Of a DNA stretch of 64,000 bases, positions 52,184 to 62,284 are shown piece by piece. How positions within the stretch are numbered: position 1 is the first letter of the stretch; each line of letters starts with the position of its first letter. Origin of the DNA: Sedimentisphaeraceae bacterium JB056. Its GTDB lineage: Bacteria; Planctomycetota; Phycisphaerae; Sedimentisphaerales; Sedimentisphaeraceae. Both the position numbers and the translations under genes were made by a program. Below the pieces are notes generated by a model that was given only the letters and a program-made list of their open reading frames with translations, was not told the DNA's origin and ran no database searches. Where the stretch lies: the NCBI GenBank assembly GCA_044440125.1, contig JBITAJ010000008.1:79956-143955 (forward strand), read 5' to 3'.

Positions 52184-53389
52184 ATGTTAAAAGGTAATGC
52201 AATAATAGGACAGTCAGGCGGACCGACATCTGTAATCAATGCCTCTTTAGCTGGAGCTGTTCAGGCGGCTGCAAAATTCGACTGCATAGAAAATATGCTT
52301 GGAATGAGATACGGCGTTGAAGGCCTGATGCAGGAAAACATCATCAATCTTAGTGCTGAAACCGCTGAGAATATTGAAGGCCTGAAAACAACACCTTCAA
52401 GCGCACTTGGTTCATGCAGACACAAGCTTCAGGAAGAAGATCTTCCAAGAGTACTTGAAGTATTAAAGAAATACAATATACGTTACGTATTCCTTATCGG
52501 CGGCAACGATACTATGGACACGATTCATAGAATCGAAGAATATGCCGTTGCTCAGGGTTATGAGCTCAGAGGTGTGGGAATCCCTAAAACTGTGGACAAT
52601 GACCTCTTCGGCACTGACCACACTCCAGGATTTGCAAGTGCCGCAAAATATATGGCCCTCTCAATAAAGCAAGCCGGAACATTAGCAAGAGACATGCAGA
52701 AAGTCGATCAGTTCGTAGTATTCCAGTGCATTGGGCGTGAAGCCGGTTGGCTGCCTGCCGCTACTGCTCTTGGAAAAACATGCGAATCTGACGCTCCGCA
52801 CATCATCTGCTTCCCTGAAAGAGCATTTGACAAGGCTAAATTCCTTGCCGATGTTAAGAAATGCTACGACAAATACGGATTTGTATCAGTAGTTTGCGGT
52901 GAAGGCATAACATACGCTGACGGCACTCCTGTATCAGCATCTGAGACAAAAGATAAATTCAATAATGTTGAGTTTGGAGCAATGGGCGGAACAAGCGCAG
53001 CAATCAGTCTCCATAAAATGATTTCAGAAGAATTTGGGTTCAGAGGCGAATTCCAGGTAACAGAATCACTGCCAATGTGCGGACAGGACAGAGCTGTACA
53101 ATCTGATATCGATGAAGCCTGCATGTGTGGCGAAAAGGCTGTAGAACTGGCGGCAGAAGGTACTACAGGAGTTATGGTAACTCTTGAGAGAGCAGAAGGT
53201 GATGAATACAAAGCAATAACATCAACCGCTCCTCTCAAAGATGTAGCAGTTAGAGCCAAGCCAATGCCGGATGATTTCATCAATGAAGAAGGAAATTTCG
53301 TAAGCGACAAATTCATCGAATACGCAAAGCCACTCGTTGGCGATCTTCCTGAATACGTCAGGCTTGCGAATATAAAATTTGAGATATGA
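52184..53389 (+). CDS. Phosphofructokinase family enzyme, probably PPi-dependent
   Basis: GQSGGPT.VIN, GGNDT (Asp at the PPi-determining site), PKTVDND, TDHTPG. Confidence 0.85.
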   Translation: MLKGNAIIGQSGGPTSVINASLAGAVQAAAKFDCIENMLGMRYGVEGLMQENIINLSAETAENIEGLKTTPSSALGSCRHKLQEEDLPRVLEVLKKYNIRYVFLIGGNDTMDTIHRIEEYAVAQGYELRGVGIPKTVDNDLFGTDHTPGFASAAKYMALSIKQAGTLARDMQKVDQFVVFQCIGREAGWLPAATALGKTCESDAPHIICFPERAFDKAKFLADVKKCYDKYGFVSVVCGEGITYADGTPVSASETKDKFNNVEFGAMGGTSAAISLHKMISEEFGFRGEFQVTESLPMCGQDRAVQSDIDEACMCGEKAVELAAEGTTGVMVTLERAEGDEYKAITSTAPLKDVAVRAKPMPDDFINEEGNFVSDKFIEYAKPLVGDLPEYVRLANIKFEI

Positions 53390-53509
53390 TTCTCCTAACC
53401 AGAGTTTACATATAAAGTATTTAAGCAACTTTTGCAGAATCTTTCCGGTGCAATGCCGGAAAGACCTGCAAAAAACAAAAAACTAAACCTTAGAAAGGGA
53501 GCTGATAAA

Positions 53510-54523
53510 ATGAAACTAAATGAGAAATACTCAAAATTTGCACTGGTCCAGGAAATGATGGAGACAGTGGATGTAGTCAGAAACTTTAAGCTGGAAGACA
53601 CATCAAAAGTTGTTGAAGCAATCAAAAATGCAGGCAAGCTGTTCTTGACTGGTGAAGGTTCAAGCCGAATCTTTCCTGCAAAAAACACTATTTGTGCCGC
53701 AATGAAAGCCGGTCTCGACCTGAATATTTCTACAGAAGGATCACGTCAGGCTGCCGAATACGATCTATCTAAATTCGTAGTATTCGGAGCTTCAAACAGC
53801 GGTTCAACAAAGGAAATTATATTACTTCTCGACAAACAGAAAAAGGGAGAAAACTGCGGAGTTTTCGGACTTACTGCACGTGAAGACACAATACTTTCAA
53901 AATACGCTGACCAGACATTCGTGCTTAAGTGCGGATGGGAAAACGCCGTTGCTGCTACAAAGAGTGTTGCAGAACAGGCACTTGTATATAATGAGCTTCT
54001 TGCTCAGCTTCAAGGCAAAAGTATTGCATCAGAGCTTTCTGCTGCCGCCGATGCTATTGAAGCAGCACTTACACTTGATATAGATCCTGAAATCACAAAA
54101 GCTATTTGCGGTGCAGGCACTATTTACTTTGCCGGACGTAACGATGGTGTAGCTGAAGAACTGACTCTCAAAACAAACGAGATCACAAGAGTAAAGAGTG
54201 ACTACCTCGAAGGCACATACGCAGCACACGGCATCGAAGAAGTCATGAATCCTGAAGACGTTGTAATCGTTGTTGACCCATTCGAAGCTGAGGAAGAAAA
54301 ATTCCAGAAAGTTCTCGTTGAAGGCGTAGGAATGAAGGTCTTCGCTATCTCTGATAAAGAAACATCATTCCCGACTATAAAGGTTCCTTCAGCAGGTGAA
54401 CTTCAGAATTATGCTTATCTCGCAGCCGGTTGGAATGTACTGGTAGAAGTAGGTCTAAGCCTTGGAATAGACCTTGACAAACCGGTAAGAGCCCGCAAGG
54501 TTGGAAATGAATACGAAGGTTAA
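53510..54523 (+). CDS. Double-SIS sugar-phosphate isomerase/deaminase (GlmS C-terminal-like, no GATase domain)
   Basis: GEGSS, SNSG.T.E, AVAATKS, E..LK..E, HG, C-terminal DLDKP.RA.K; ATG at 53510 follows GGGAG. Confidence 0.85.
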   Translation: MKLNEKYSKFALVQEMMETVDVVRNFKLEDTSKVVEAIKNAGKLFLTGEGSSRIFPAKNTICAAMKAGLDLNISTEGSRQAAEYDLSKFVVFGASNSGSTKEIILLLDKQKKGENCGVFGLTAREDTILSKYADQTFVLKCGWENAVAATKSVAEQALVYNELLAQLQGKSIASELSAAADAIEAALTLDIDPEITKAICGAGTIYFAGRNDGVAEELTLKTNEITRVKSDYLEGTYAAHGIEEVMNPEDVVIVVDPFEAEEEKFQKVLVEGVGMKVFAISDKETSFPTIKVPSAGELQNYAYLAAGWNVLVEVGLSLGIDLDKPVRARKVGNEYEG

Positions 54524-54565
54524 AAACCTGATAAATAAGACAATCTAACCACATTTCTTAGCATA

Positions 54566-54597
54566 ACGGAGACGATTCTTTACAGAATTGTCTCCGT
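54566..54597. terminator. Hairpin between convergent genes
   Basis: acggagacgattct/agaattgtctccgt. Confidence 0.7.
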
Positions 54598-54617
54598 GCT
54601 TGGTTATATCTGACTCA

Positions 54618-55292
54618 TCAGCTTTTTTTATCAGCTTCCTTTCCTGCTGTCCCATGTATTTTTAACTGTATAAGCAGCCCTATAACCGTAAGAATTGCCA
54701 AAATAACATTCAGAGGAATATCTTGGGACAACTTGGAAACTTCAGTTACTGGCTCGGAAGTATCCTCAATCTGAGTCTGCGATATGGCAGAAATAAAACC
54801 ATAAAAACCCGTAAGAACTACTGACGCTCCCAGCAAACTTGTATACAGCATAACAGCAAATCTGAGAATGTAAAACCCGCATAACCCGCCAAGTATTAAA
54901 CCTGCGACAGCACAAGCAAGGGTATATTTTTCGGGCATATCACTAATGTGCCAAAAATAACCCGCCAGGCCAGCAGAAACAAGAGCGATTATAAAGCATG
55001 TAGCAAGTTTCATCAGAGGCAAAGAGGCAATCGCAAATAAGACTGCGAGAATTATACCTCCAAATGTTGCCCATCCAAAGAAATCACCAATATACATACC
55101 AGCATAAAATCCAATAAAAGCGAAAAGTATGGCCACCATTACACGGAATATCCTCCAGCCATACATCATGTATATAATTCCTGTGATAACCGATACTATT
55201 GCACCATAAAGCCCTAAATTAGCTGCCTGCTCCATTATTTTGTCAGGCTCAAAGATCAGGGAATCGAATGAACTGAACATATTATCTAACAT
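54618..55292 (-). CDS. Multi-TM membrane protein (DUF4203/TMEM198-like)
   Basis: G......GWR.FR, about 7 Gly-rich TM helices, TS..GA, G...Q near the C-terminus. Confidence 0.6.
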   Translation of the reverse strand: MLDNMFSSFDSLIFEPDKIMEQAANLGLYGAIVSVITGIIYMMYGWRIFRVMVAILFAFIGFYAGMYIGDFFGWATFGGIILAVLFAIASLPLMKLATCFIIALVSAGLAGYFWHISDMPEKYTLACAVAGLILGGLCGFYILRFAVMLYTSLLGASVVLTGFYGFISAISQTQIEDTSEPVTEVSKLSQDIPLNVILAILTVIGLLIQLKIHGTAGKEADKKS

Positions 55293-55470
55293 ATTCCACC
55301 TTAATTTATTATTTTATAACAACCATCTCATTATAATCTTTTTAACTTTGCATGTAAACGGAATAATTGTACAATACAATTCTATTGAAAAACACAAACA
55401 TGCCTGCATTAATACACATTAAAGGCAGGCTATTAGAATTATCCCTTTATTAAACATAAAATTGCAAAGC

Positions 55471-56292
55471 ATGAATAATAATTTTAAAATTGATCTTGCG
55501 GGCGTAAATGAAAAACATGCGAAAGACTTTACAATTGATCGCCCGAAAGGTGCAGAGTTTTATATTTTCGTTCATTTTGAAGTAGCAGTGAAAACCAGAA
55601 TAAACAATAAGGAAGATATATTTCCACAAGGAAGCTTCTTGTTATTCCAGCCCGGATTCCCACACTGGTACAAAGGATATAATGAGGCATTATGTGATAA
55701 TTGGCTTCATATTTATGGAAAAAATACTGAGGCAATATATAAAAATTGCGGGCTTCCCGTAAATCAGGTCGTAAGAGCAGAGCAAACAGGCTTTATACGT
55801 GAATACATAAAGAAGTTAAAGAATGAGCTAAGTATATTAGACAATTTCACTCAACGAAGCAACCAGATAATATTTGAAAAAATGTGTATTGACGCAAGCC
55901 GTCATATAAAACACAGAAAATTAATGAAAGCTGACAAGTCTAAGGCCAGACACCTTGAAGTCTTTGATAATATTCGACATCAAATACGAGATGATTTTGC
56001 AAACAAATGGACAATTGAAAAGATGTCAGAAATGGCAAACATGAGCGAGTCAAGATTTGCCGTTCTTTATAAAGAGTTCTACAATATCTCACCACTAAAT
56101 GATCTTATTGACACAAGATTGAGATACGCAAAATACCTGCTATCCAACACAGCACTCAGTGTAAAACAGATTGCTTCAGAATGTGGATTTGAAAATGTGT
56201 ATTATTTCGGCAGGCTATTTAAAAAACGAATAGGCACGACTCCAGGCAAGTACTATCTATCAATAGGTGATACGGAAAATGCTTGTAAATAA
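55471..56292 (+). CDS. AraC family transcriptional regulator
   Basis: N-terminal cupin-like domain; R..YAK.LL......VK.IA.ECGF....YF.R.FKK..G.TP. Confidence 0.93.
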   Translation: MNNNFKIDLAGVNEKHAKDFTIDRPKGAEFYIFVHFEVAVKTRINNKEDIFPQGSFLLFQPGFPHWYKGYNEALCDNWLHIYGKNTEAIYKNCGLPVNQVVRAEQTGFIREYIKKLKNELSILDNFTQRSNQIIFEKMCIDASRHIKHRKLMKADKSKARHLEVFDNIRHQIRDDFANKWTIEKMSEMANMSESRFAVLYKEFYNISPLNDLIDTRLRYAKYLLSNTALSVKQIASECGFENVYYFGRLFKKRIGTTPGKYYLSIGDTENACK

Positions 56293-56343
56293 TAGCCGAA
56301 AACATTAACATAATCTTGATTGATAGAATTTCAGGAGTTGTAA

Positions 56344-56994
56344 ATGGCAATCGCAGAGAAATTGAAAATAGAGAATTTAGCTCTAAGCTTTAATGAACGT
56401 AAGGTTTTCGACAATATAAGTGCTATGATAGAGCCAGGAGAAAAGATTCAAGTCACCGGAGCATCCGGCAGCGGCAAGAGTTCTTTGCTCAAATGCCTCC
56501 TTGGGTTCAATACAGCACAGGGATCAATATTCTACGGAAATGAGCGACTCACATCTTCAAGTGTATGGAAAATAAGAACAATGATTGCTTACGTGCCACA
56601 GGAACCATTGTTTCAGCATTCTACCGTTGAGGAGCAGCTTAAAAGCCCTTTCTCATTCAAGGCTAATTCCCACCTTAAATACAATGAAACCGAAATAGAT
56701 AATCTATTAGCAGAGTTCTTGCTTCCGCTATCAATAAAAAAAGCTAATACAGATCAACTCTCAGGCGGAGAAAAACAACGTATAGCAATAATATCAGCGC
56801 TTTCATTGAAAAGAAAGTACATTTTTTTCGACGAACCAACATCTGCACTTGATCCGGCTTGCAAGAAAGTATTCTGGGATATCGTCGCTCGAATAAAAGA
56901 TACAACATGCCTTATAATTTCACATGACTCCGATGTTGCAATTTCTTTTGATGGTTTGATAAGTGTAGCAAATATTTCAGGGGAGGTAATCTGA
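56344..56994 (+). CDS. ABC ATPase (FetA/YbbL-like)
   Basis: GASGSGKS, LSGGEKQR, DEPTSALD; adjacent to a UPF0014 permease. Confidence 0.85.
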   Translation: MAIAEKLKIENLALSFNERKVFDNISAMIEPGEKIQVTGASGSGKSSLLKCLLGFNTAQGSIFYGNERLTSSSVWKIRTMIAYVPQEPLFQHSTVEEQLKSPFSFKANSHLKYNETEIDNLLAEFLLPLSIKKANTDQLSGGEKQRIAIISALSLKRKYIFFDEPTSALDPACKKVFWDIVARIKDTTCLIISHDSDVAISFDGLISVANISGEVI

Positions 56995-57782
56995 TGGATG
57001 ACAAAACTATTCAACTTACAGGTATAACTTTTGCTTATTTGATGCTGATAATACCATTGAGTATTATTTATATCTTCAAACTCCCACTCTTCAAAAAAAT
57101 GCTCATTGCAGTAACAAGGATGACACTCCAGTTATTATTTGTAGGCTTATACCTTCAAGTTGTTTTTAGACTGAATAATCCGTTTCTGAATCTGCTATGG
57201 CTGATTATAATGATAACGGTTGCTGATGTATCAATCTTAAGGGCAACTGATTTGAAGCTCAGAAAGCTTGGTCGCGCCATTTTTGCCGCATTATCCGTGG
57301 GAACCGCCCTTCCTCTTGCCGTATTCGCAACTTTGGTACTTAGCAGCCCTGCACTTTTTGAAGCAAGATTTATGATACCCGTTGGCGGTATGATTCTTGG
57401 TAACTGCCTCCGCGCTGATATAATTGGGATAGGATCGTTTTATAAATCGCTGCGAAAAGAGGAAAAATCATTCCTATTATCTCTCTCGCAAGGTGCAAAT
57501 CTCAGTGAAGCAACATCTCCTTTCATGGCAGATTCACTGACTTCGGCACTTTCCCCTACTATTGCAACTATGTCTACAATTGGACTGGTGTCGCTTCCCG
57601 GCATGATGACAGGCGTAATACTTGCCGGAGCCAATCCTATAACAGCTATAAAATATCAGCTTGCAATAATGATGTCAATATTCACCGGCACGGCAATCAC
57701 TGTAGTTCTCGCAATAAAGCTTACGCAGAAGACGGCTTTCATCGAATATGGAGTATTAGACAGAAACATATTTGCAAGCTGA
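56994..57782 (+). CDS. ABC permease (FetB/YbbM, UPF0014)
   Basis: R..LQL..VG, IP..GM.LGN, GLVSLPGMMTG.ILAG..P..A.KYQ. Confidence 0.9.
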   Translation: MDDKTIQLTGITFAYLMLIIPLSIIYIFKLPLFKKMLIAVTRMTLQLLFVGLYLQVVFRLNNPFLNLLWLIIMITVADVSILRATDLKLRKLGRAIFAALSVGTALPLAVFATLVLSSPALFEARFMIPVGGMILGNCLRADIIGIGSFYKSLRKEEKSFLLSLSQGANLSEATSPFMADSLTSALSPTIATMSTIGLVSLPGMMTGVILAGANPITAIKYQLAIMMSIFTGTAITVVLAIKLTQKTAFIEYGVLDRNIFAS

Positions 57783-57862
57783 CGTTTTTAAGAACTAATT
57801 CTTTAAATCTATCACAGTTAGGCTATAATCAAATTAGAATTACAATATATTAAGGTACTCAA

Positions 57863-59098
57863 ATGGCATCTAAAACAAAGACAAAATGCATTGGAATCTT
57901 AACTTCAGGCGGTGATTGTCCGGGGCTAAATGCCGCGATAAGAGCTATAACAAAGTCTGCTATAAACGAATACGGGATGAATGTTATCGGCATACTTGAC
58001 GGCTTTAGAGGATTAGTGGAAAACCGTACTATGATTCTTGATAACAGAATTGTAAGCGGTATCCTTACTGCGGGAGGAACTATACTCGGTACAAGTCGGG
58101 ATAAACCCCACAAGATGGAAATGGGTGGAAAGAACCTTGACATGACCAAGGTAGCTGTTGAAAATATCAAACGGCATCATATCGACTGTCTTGTATGCCT
58201 GGGAGGCGGCGGCACAAATAAAAACGCACTCAAAATTCATCAGGCCGGTAATGTAAATGTAATGACACTGCCTAAGACTATTGATAACGATGTCGCATGT
58301 ACTGATGTTACATTTGGATATGACACGGCAATGCAGATAGCGACAGAGGTGATAGACAGACTTCATACAACGGCCACAAGCCATCACAGAGTCATTGTCT
58401 GTGAGATTATGGGACACAAGACCGGCTGGCTGACTCTTGGTGCAGGAATTGCCGGAGGAGCTGATGTGATACTTATACCAGAGATACCATATAACAGAAA
58501 AGTCGTAGCTGATTACATCATGGAAAGACGCCGTCGCGGCAGCAGGTTTTCAATTATAGCGGTCGCTGAAGGCGCTATATCAATTGACGATCTGCAGGTA
58601 AAAGAGAAAAACAGCGGCAAAAAAAACTCACAAAAGAAAACTCCGAAACTTGTAGGTACCGAAGACGAGCATCTTGCGGAAATAGTTGAATCAGAGGGTT
58701 CAGGCGGCGAGAATACTCTTGTGCAAAAACGAATTGACGGAGAAATAAGAACATACCATATTGTACAGGAACCAGTCGCAAGCCGTGTGGCAAGAGAACT
58801 GCAGGAACTAACCGGAATCGAAACGAGAGTAACTTCACTTGGACATATGCAAAGAGGCGGAACGCCAAGCTCATTCGACAGATGGCTTTGCACTCGTCTT
58901 GGAACAAAAGCTACACAACTTCTTGCCCGTGGCGTTTATAACGTGATGGTCGGCTATAGTGCCGGATGCTGCAAACCCATACCTCTTGAAGAAGTAGCCG
59001 GACAGAGAAAAATCGTACCTGTTGACCACCCTATGATAACGTCAGCTCGCCTTGTAGGAACTTGCATGGGAGACCGCTCCCCTTTCAGAGATGCATAA
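57863..59098 (+). CDS. pfkA: 6-phosphofructokinase, probably ATP-dependent
   Basis: [47 protein letters not shown]. Confidence 0.88.
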   Translation: MASKTKTKCIGILTSGGDCPGLNAAIRAITKSAINEYGMNVIGILDGFRGLVENRTMILDNRIVSGILTAGGTILGTSRDKPHKMEMGGKNLDMTKVAVENIKRHHIDCLVCLGGGGTNKNALKIHQAGNVNVMTLPKTIDNDVACTDVTFGYDTAMQIATEVIDRLHTTATSHHRVIVCEIMGHKTGWLTLGAGIAGGADVILIPEIPYNRKVVADYIMERRRRGSRFSIIAVAEGAISIDDLQVKEKNSGKKNSQKKTPKLVGTEDEHLAEIVESEGSGGENTLVQKRIDGEIRTYHIVQEPVASRVARELQELTGIETRVTSLGHMQRGGTPSSFDRWLCTRLGTKATQLLARGVYNVMVGYSAGCCKPIPLEEVAGQRKIVPVDHPMITSARLVGTCMGDRSPFRDA

Positions 59099-59134
59099 TC
59101 ACAGACAAAATTTCATTACGATCCTTCTGAATGT

Positions 59135-59536
59135 TTATTTATAAGCTTCTTTAGGATCGTACGTTTTTTCTGCCACAGTTTCAAGTTTGCCGTCCTTTAG
59201 CCTTCTATAAAAGCAGCTTTGATATCCGACATGGCATTGTCCCTGATCAACTTCCACCTTGAGTACGACACAATCCTGATCACAATCAGTCAATATCTCT
59301 TTAACGTATTGGAAATGGCCGCTTTGCTCACCTTTTCGCCAGAGCTTTTTGCGTGATCGACTATAAAAGACCGCACGGCCTGTAGAGATCGTCTCTTCAA
59401 GTGCCGCAGCGTTCATATAGGCAACCATAAGTATCTGTCCTGTCACAGCATCCTGACTGATAGCTGTTATCAGACCATCAGCATTAAATTTCGGAAGAAA
59501 CTCACTGCCCTCTTCTATATTTTTTTTCGATTCCAT
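59135..59536 (-). CDS. hisI: Phosphoribosyl-AMP cyclohydrolase
   Basis: LMVAYMN, YSRSR..LW.KGE.SG..Q, DCDQD, CH.G..SCFY. Confidence 0.97.
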   Translation of the reverse strand: MESKKNIEEGSEFLPKFNADGLITAISQDAVTGQILMVAYMNAAALEETISTGRAVFYSRSRKKLWRKGEQSGHFQYVKEILTDCDQDCVVLKVEVDQGQCHVGYQSCFYRRLKDGKLETVAEKTYDPKEAYK

Positions 59537-59564
59537 AGTTATTCAAATTTGAGTTTAATTTAAT

Positions 59565-59599
59565 AAGGTCTCAGGCGTGTTAAAACCGCCTGAGACCTT
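59565..59599. terminator. Terminator-like hairpin
   Basis: aaggtctcaggcg/cgcctgagacctt 13-bp stem. Confidence 0.7.
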
Positions 59600-59637
59600 G
59601 TGATTATACAAACTACAAATTCAATTTACAGAAAATT

Positions 59638-61131
59638 TTATCTTTTAAGCGTAAACGTAGCGGCCGCAACAGAAACCGGAGGCAAAGTCAGAAAAGCCTT
59701 GCCGTCTTCTATTTTAATATCAGCAACAAAATCATGACTATTGAGAACACTTGGATTCTCAAAGCTGTTTACCTCTTTAACATTCTTACCTGCAAGGACT
59801 TGAGCGTTTTCAGCTTTTATAATGTCAGCATCAGCAATATCTACAGTGAGAAGCATATCCTCATCTAAATTTCTGTTACTGACAAACACGCTCAATTTGT
59901 CACCATCGAGGATAGCACTTGAATCCAGATATTTCACTTCCCTGCCCTCAGATGTTTCATAAACTCCGCCATCAATACTCTGCCGCAGCGAAACTCCCTG
60001 CCGACGGTTACTGTACATATCAAAAATATAATAGATTGACTGCAGCAGCATTTCATCACCACGAGTAAGTATGGGCGCTATAATATTCACGACCTGAGCA
60101 ATATTAGCGATTTTCACAACATCACTGTGGCGAATGAAAGAATTAAGATATCCGGCAACAACAACAGCATCTTCAAGATTGTATACCTCCTCTATAAGAT
60201 GCGGAGCTTTCTTGCCGCGTCCGTCCATCTCCTGATTCTTATACCAAACATTCCACTCATCAAAACACAAATGCACCATTTTCTTGCTTTTTAGCAGAGC
60301 CTGAACATATCTTGTCGCAGCTGCCAAAGCCTCTATCTGATCATCAATCACCTCTGAATTAGCAAGATAATCAGCTGTATTATCCGATCTATTACCTGCG
60401 TAATTGTGCAGACTGATGTAATCAATGTAATCCCAGCAATACTCCATTACCTCTCTGTCCCACTCCATATACGTAGGCAAGCCAGTACCGCAGCTTCCGC
60501 AAACTACCGTCTCTATAGTCTTGTCAACATCCCGCATCATCTTGGCCGCCTGCTGAGCTCGTATTGCATAATCCCTCGCAGGTACATGCCCAAGCTGCCA
60601 AGGACCATCCATTTCATTACCAAGGCACCATAATTTCACATCGAAAGGCTCTTTGCTGCCGTTGGCAACCCGCATATCGGCATACTTCGTACCTTCAGGG
60701 CAATTACAATACTCAACCCAGTTGCGTGCCTGCTCCGGCGTGCCGGTTCCGAGATTTACCGTAAGCATAGGAGTCCATCCCATTTTACGACACATCTCAA
60801 TATACTCATCAGTTCCAAACTGGTTTGTCTCAATACTCTGCCACGCAAGCTCACGCATAACAGGTCGCTGCGACTTAGGTCCAATACCGTCAAGCCAGTT
60901 ATATCCGCTGGCAAAATTGCCGCCAGGATAGCGCATTGCTGTCATTTTGAGTTGACCAAGTGCATTAAGCACATCCATCCGAAATCCATTTTCATCAGCA
61001 TGAATGCAGTCAGGATCATAAACTCCTTCATACACACATCGCCCCATATGCTCGATGAATCCGCCAAAAATACGTTCATCAACTTCAGATATCGTAAAAT
61101 CTGTATGCAATTTTAATGTAGTTTTTTCCAT
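59638..61131 (-). CDS. abfA: Alpha-L-arabinofuranosidase (GH51)
   Basis: F.EH.GRC.Y.G, RYPGGNF, LGNEMDG.WQ, FDEWNVW, N.AQ.VN. Confidence 0.95.
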   Translation of the reverse strand: MEKTTLKLHTDFTISEVDERIFGGFIEHMGRCVYEGVYDPDCIHADENGFRMDVLNALGQLKMTAMRYPGGNFASGYNWLDGIGPKSQRPVMRELAWQSIETNQFGTDEYIEMCRKMGWTPMLTVNLGTGTPEQARNWVEYCNCPEGTKYADMRVANGSKEPFDVKLWCLGNEMDGPWQLGHVPARDYAIRAQQAAKMMRDVDKTIETVVCGSCGTGLPTYMEWDREVMEYCWDYIDYISLHNYAGNRSDNTADYLANSEVIDDQIEALAAATRYVQALLKSKKMVHLCFDEWNVWYKNQEMDGRGKKAPHLIEEVYNLEDAVVVAGYLNSFIRHSDVVKIANIAQVVNIIAPILTRGDEMLLQSIYYIFDMYSNRRQGVSLRQSIDGGVYETSEGREVKYLDSSAILDGDKLSVFVSNRNLDEDMLLTVDIADADIIKAENAQVLAGKNVKEVNSFENPSVLNSHDFVADIKIEDGKAFLTLPPVSVAAATFTLKR

Positions 61132-61780
61132 TTCTTTACCTCAAAACAATTATTCTTAGCACAATTCTTTTTACCAATACCAATATACACGAAACCAGCA
61201 AGCTTAAAAATGCACTTTCCCACAATCATAATACACAATTCTTTTATAACCAAATCAAATCCTAATAGCATCTAACACTTTTTTCAGAATCAAATAAAGG
61301 GGGAATATATAATTAAATCAGCTTGCGCGTTTGTGTTTTTTTAATAGGCATAAGTTTATTTATCAGTTATGCAGTGGTTATTTATCTGTGTTTATAAGTT
61401 ATTGAATTAGAGTTAGTTGTAGTCATATTGAACTAACCGTGAGAATTTTTTGCTTTTTTCTGGATACGGGCAAGTTAAATGAGGGATTTTGTGCGAAAAT
61501 GCAAGCAACTTGGACACTTGGTTTGTCTCGAATAGCAAGATAGTATAACTTTTTTTGCCCTGAATTTAACCCAAACTGGTCTCAAATGCGCCCAAACGCG
61601 CGCTTTTTGCTCACTTTTCAACGATTTTTGATCAATTTCAGTGCAAAAAAGGAAAAAGTCTCACATGACCGGGAAAAATGGGTTCTTTTATGATATTATT
61701 TTGCTGTTTTATGGGTTTACAGGCTTTGAACGCGGTTTTTATCACGAATCATTAATTAATTGAAAGTAGATAATGATGGT

Positions 61781-61820
61781 AACGGACATGCATGGACTTT
61801 CACGGACAATCACAGACTTA
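61781..61820 (+). repeat. Four imperfect 10-bp tandem units
   Basis: aacggacatg / catggacttt / cacggacaat / cacagactta. Confidence 0.6.
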
Positions 61821-61883
61821 CAACTAATCCGACGTTAATGTTTCTTCTTTTAGTTTGAAATTTGAAAAGATTTAAGATAAAAC

Positions 61884-61912
61884 TTGACAAACTTTGACCT
61901 CAGTGTTAATTT
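61884..61912 (+). promoter_or_regulatory. sigma70-type promoter for the RHS gene leader
   Basis: TTGACA-N17-TAATTT with extended -10 TG at 61904-61905. Confidence 0.55.
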
Positions 61913-61973
61913 AATTGACAGTTTCACTGTTCTTTATATATAAATAATTAGATTTGAATCATTAGATCCTTTT

Positions 61974-62154
61974 GGGATGCTACCGGGAAAACAGCAACTT
62001 TCTCTATGCGGGAGCATTACGCTAAAAGGGTTGAATGCTCTTGTATTTTGCGCAGAGATTTTCTGCTTAAATGCGGGGCATCAACCTTGCGTCCTGCATT
62101 AGCTGTTGCTGGCTATCCCGGTTCGCAAGATGTTTGGTGTCCCGCATTTTTTTT
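61974..62154 (+). ncRNA. Candidate cis-regulatory structured RNA (attenuator-like, unassigned)
   Basis: Several stems with G-U pairs favouring the + strand, and a mutually exclusive terminator-like stem ending in T8. Confidence 0.55.
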
Positions 62155-62284
62155 AAAAAAAGCACCTTTCCATCTTGCATATAAGAATTGGACCAATGAA
62201 TAATTTTATTAATCTTGATTTTGATATAAGCGGGATTAAAATACTTAATTATTCGAAAATAGTTTTTGTATGGGAGTTAGATTT

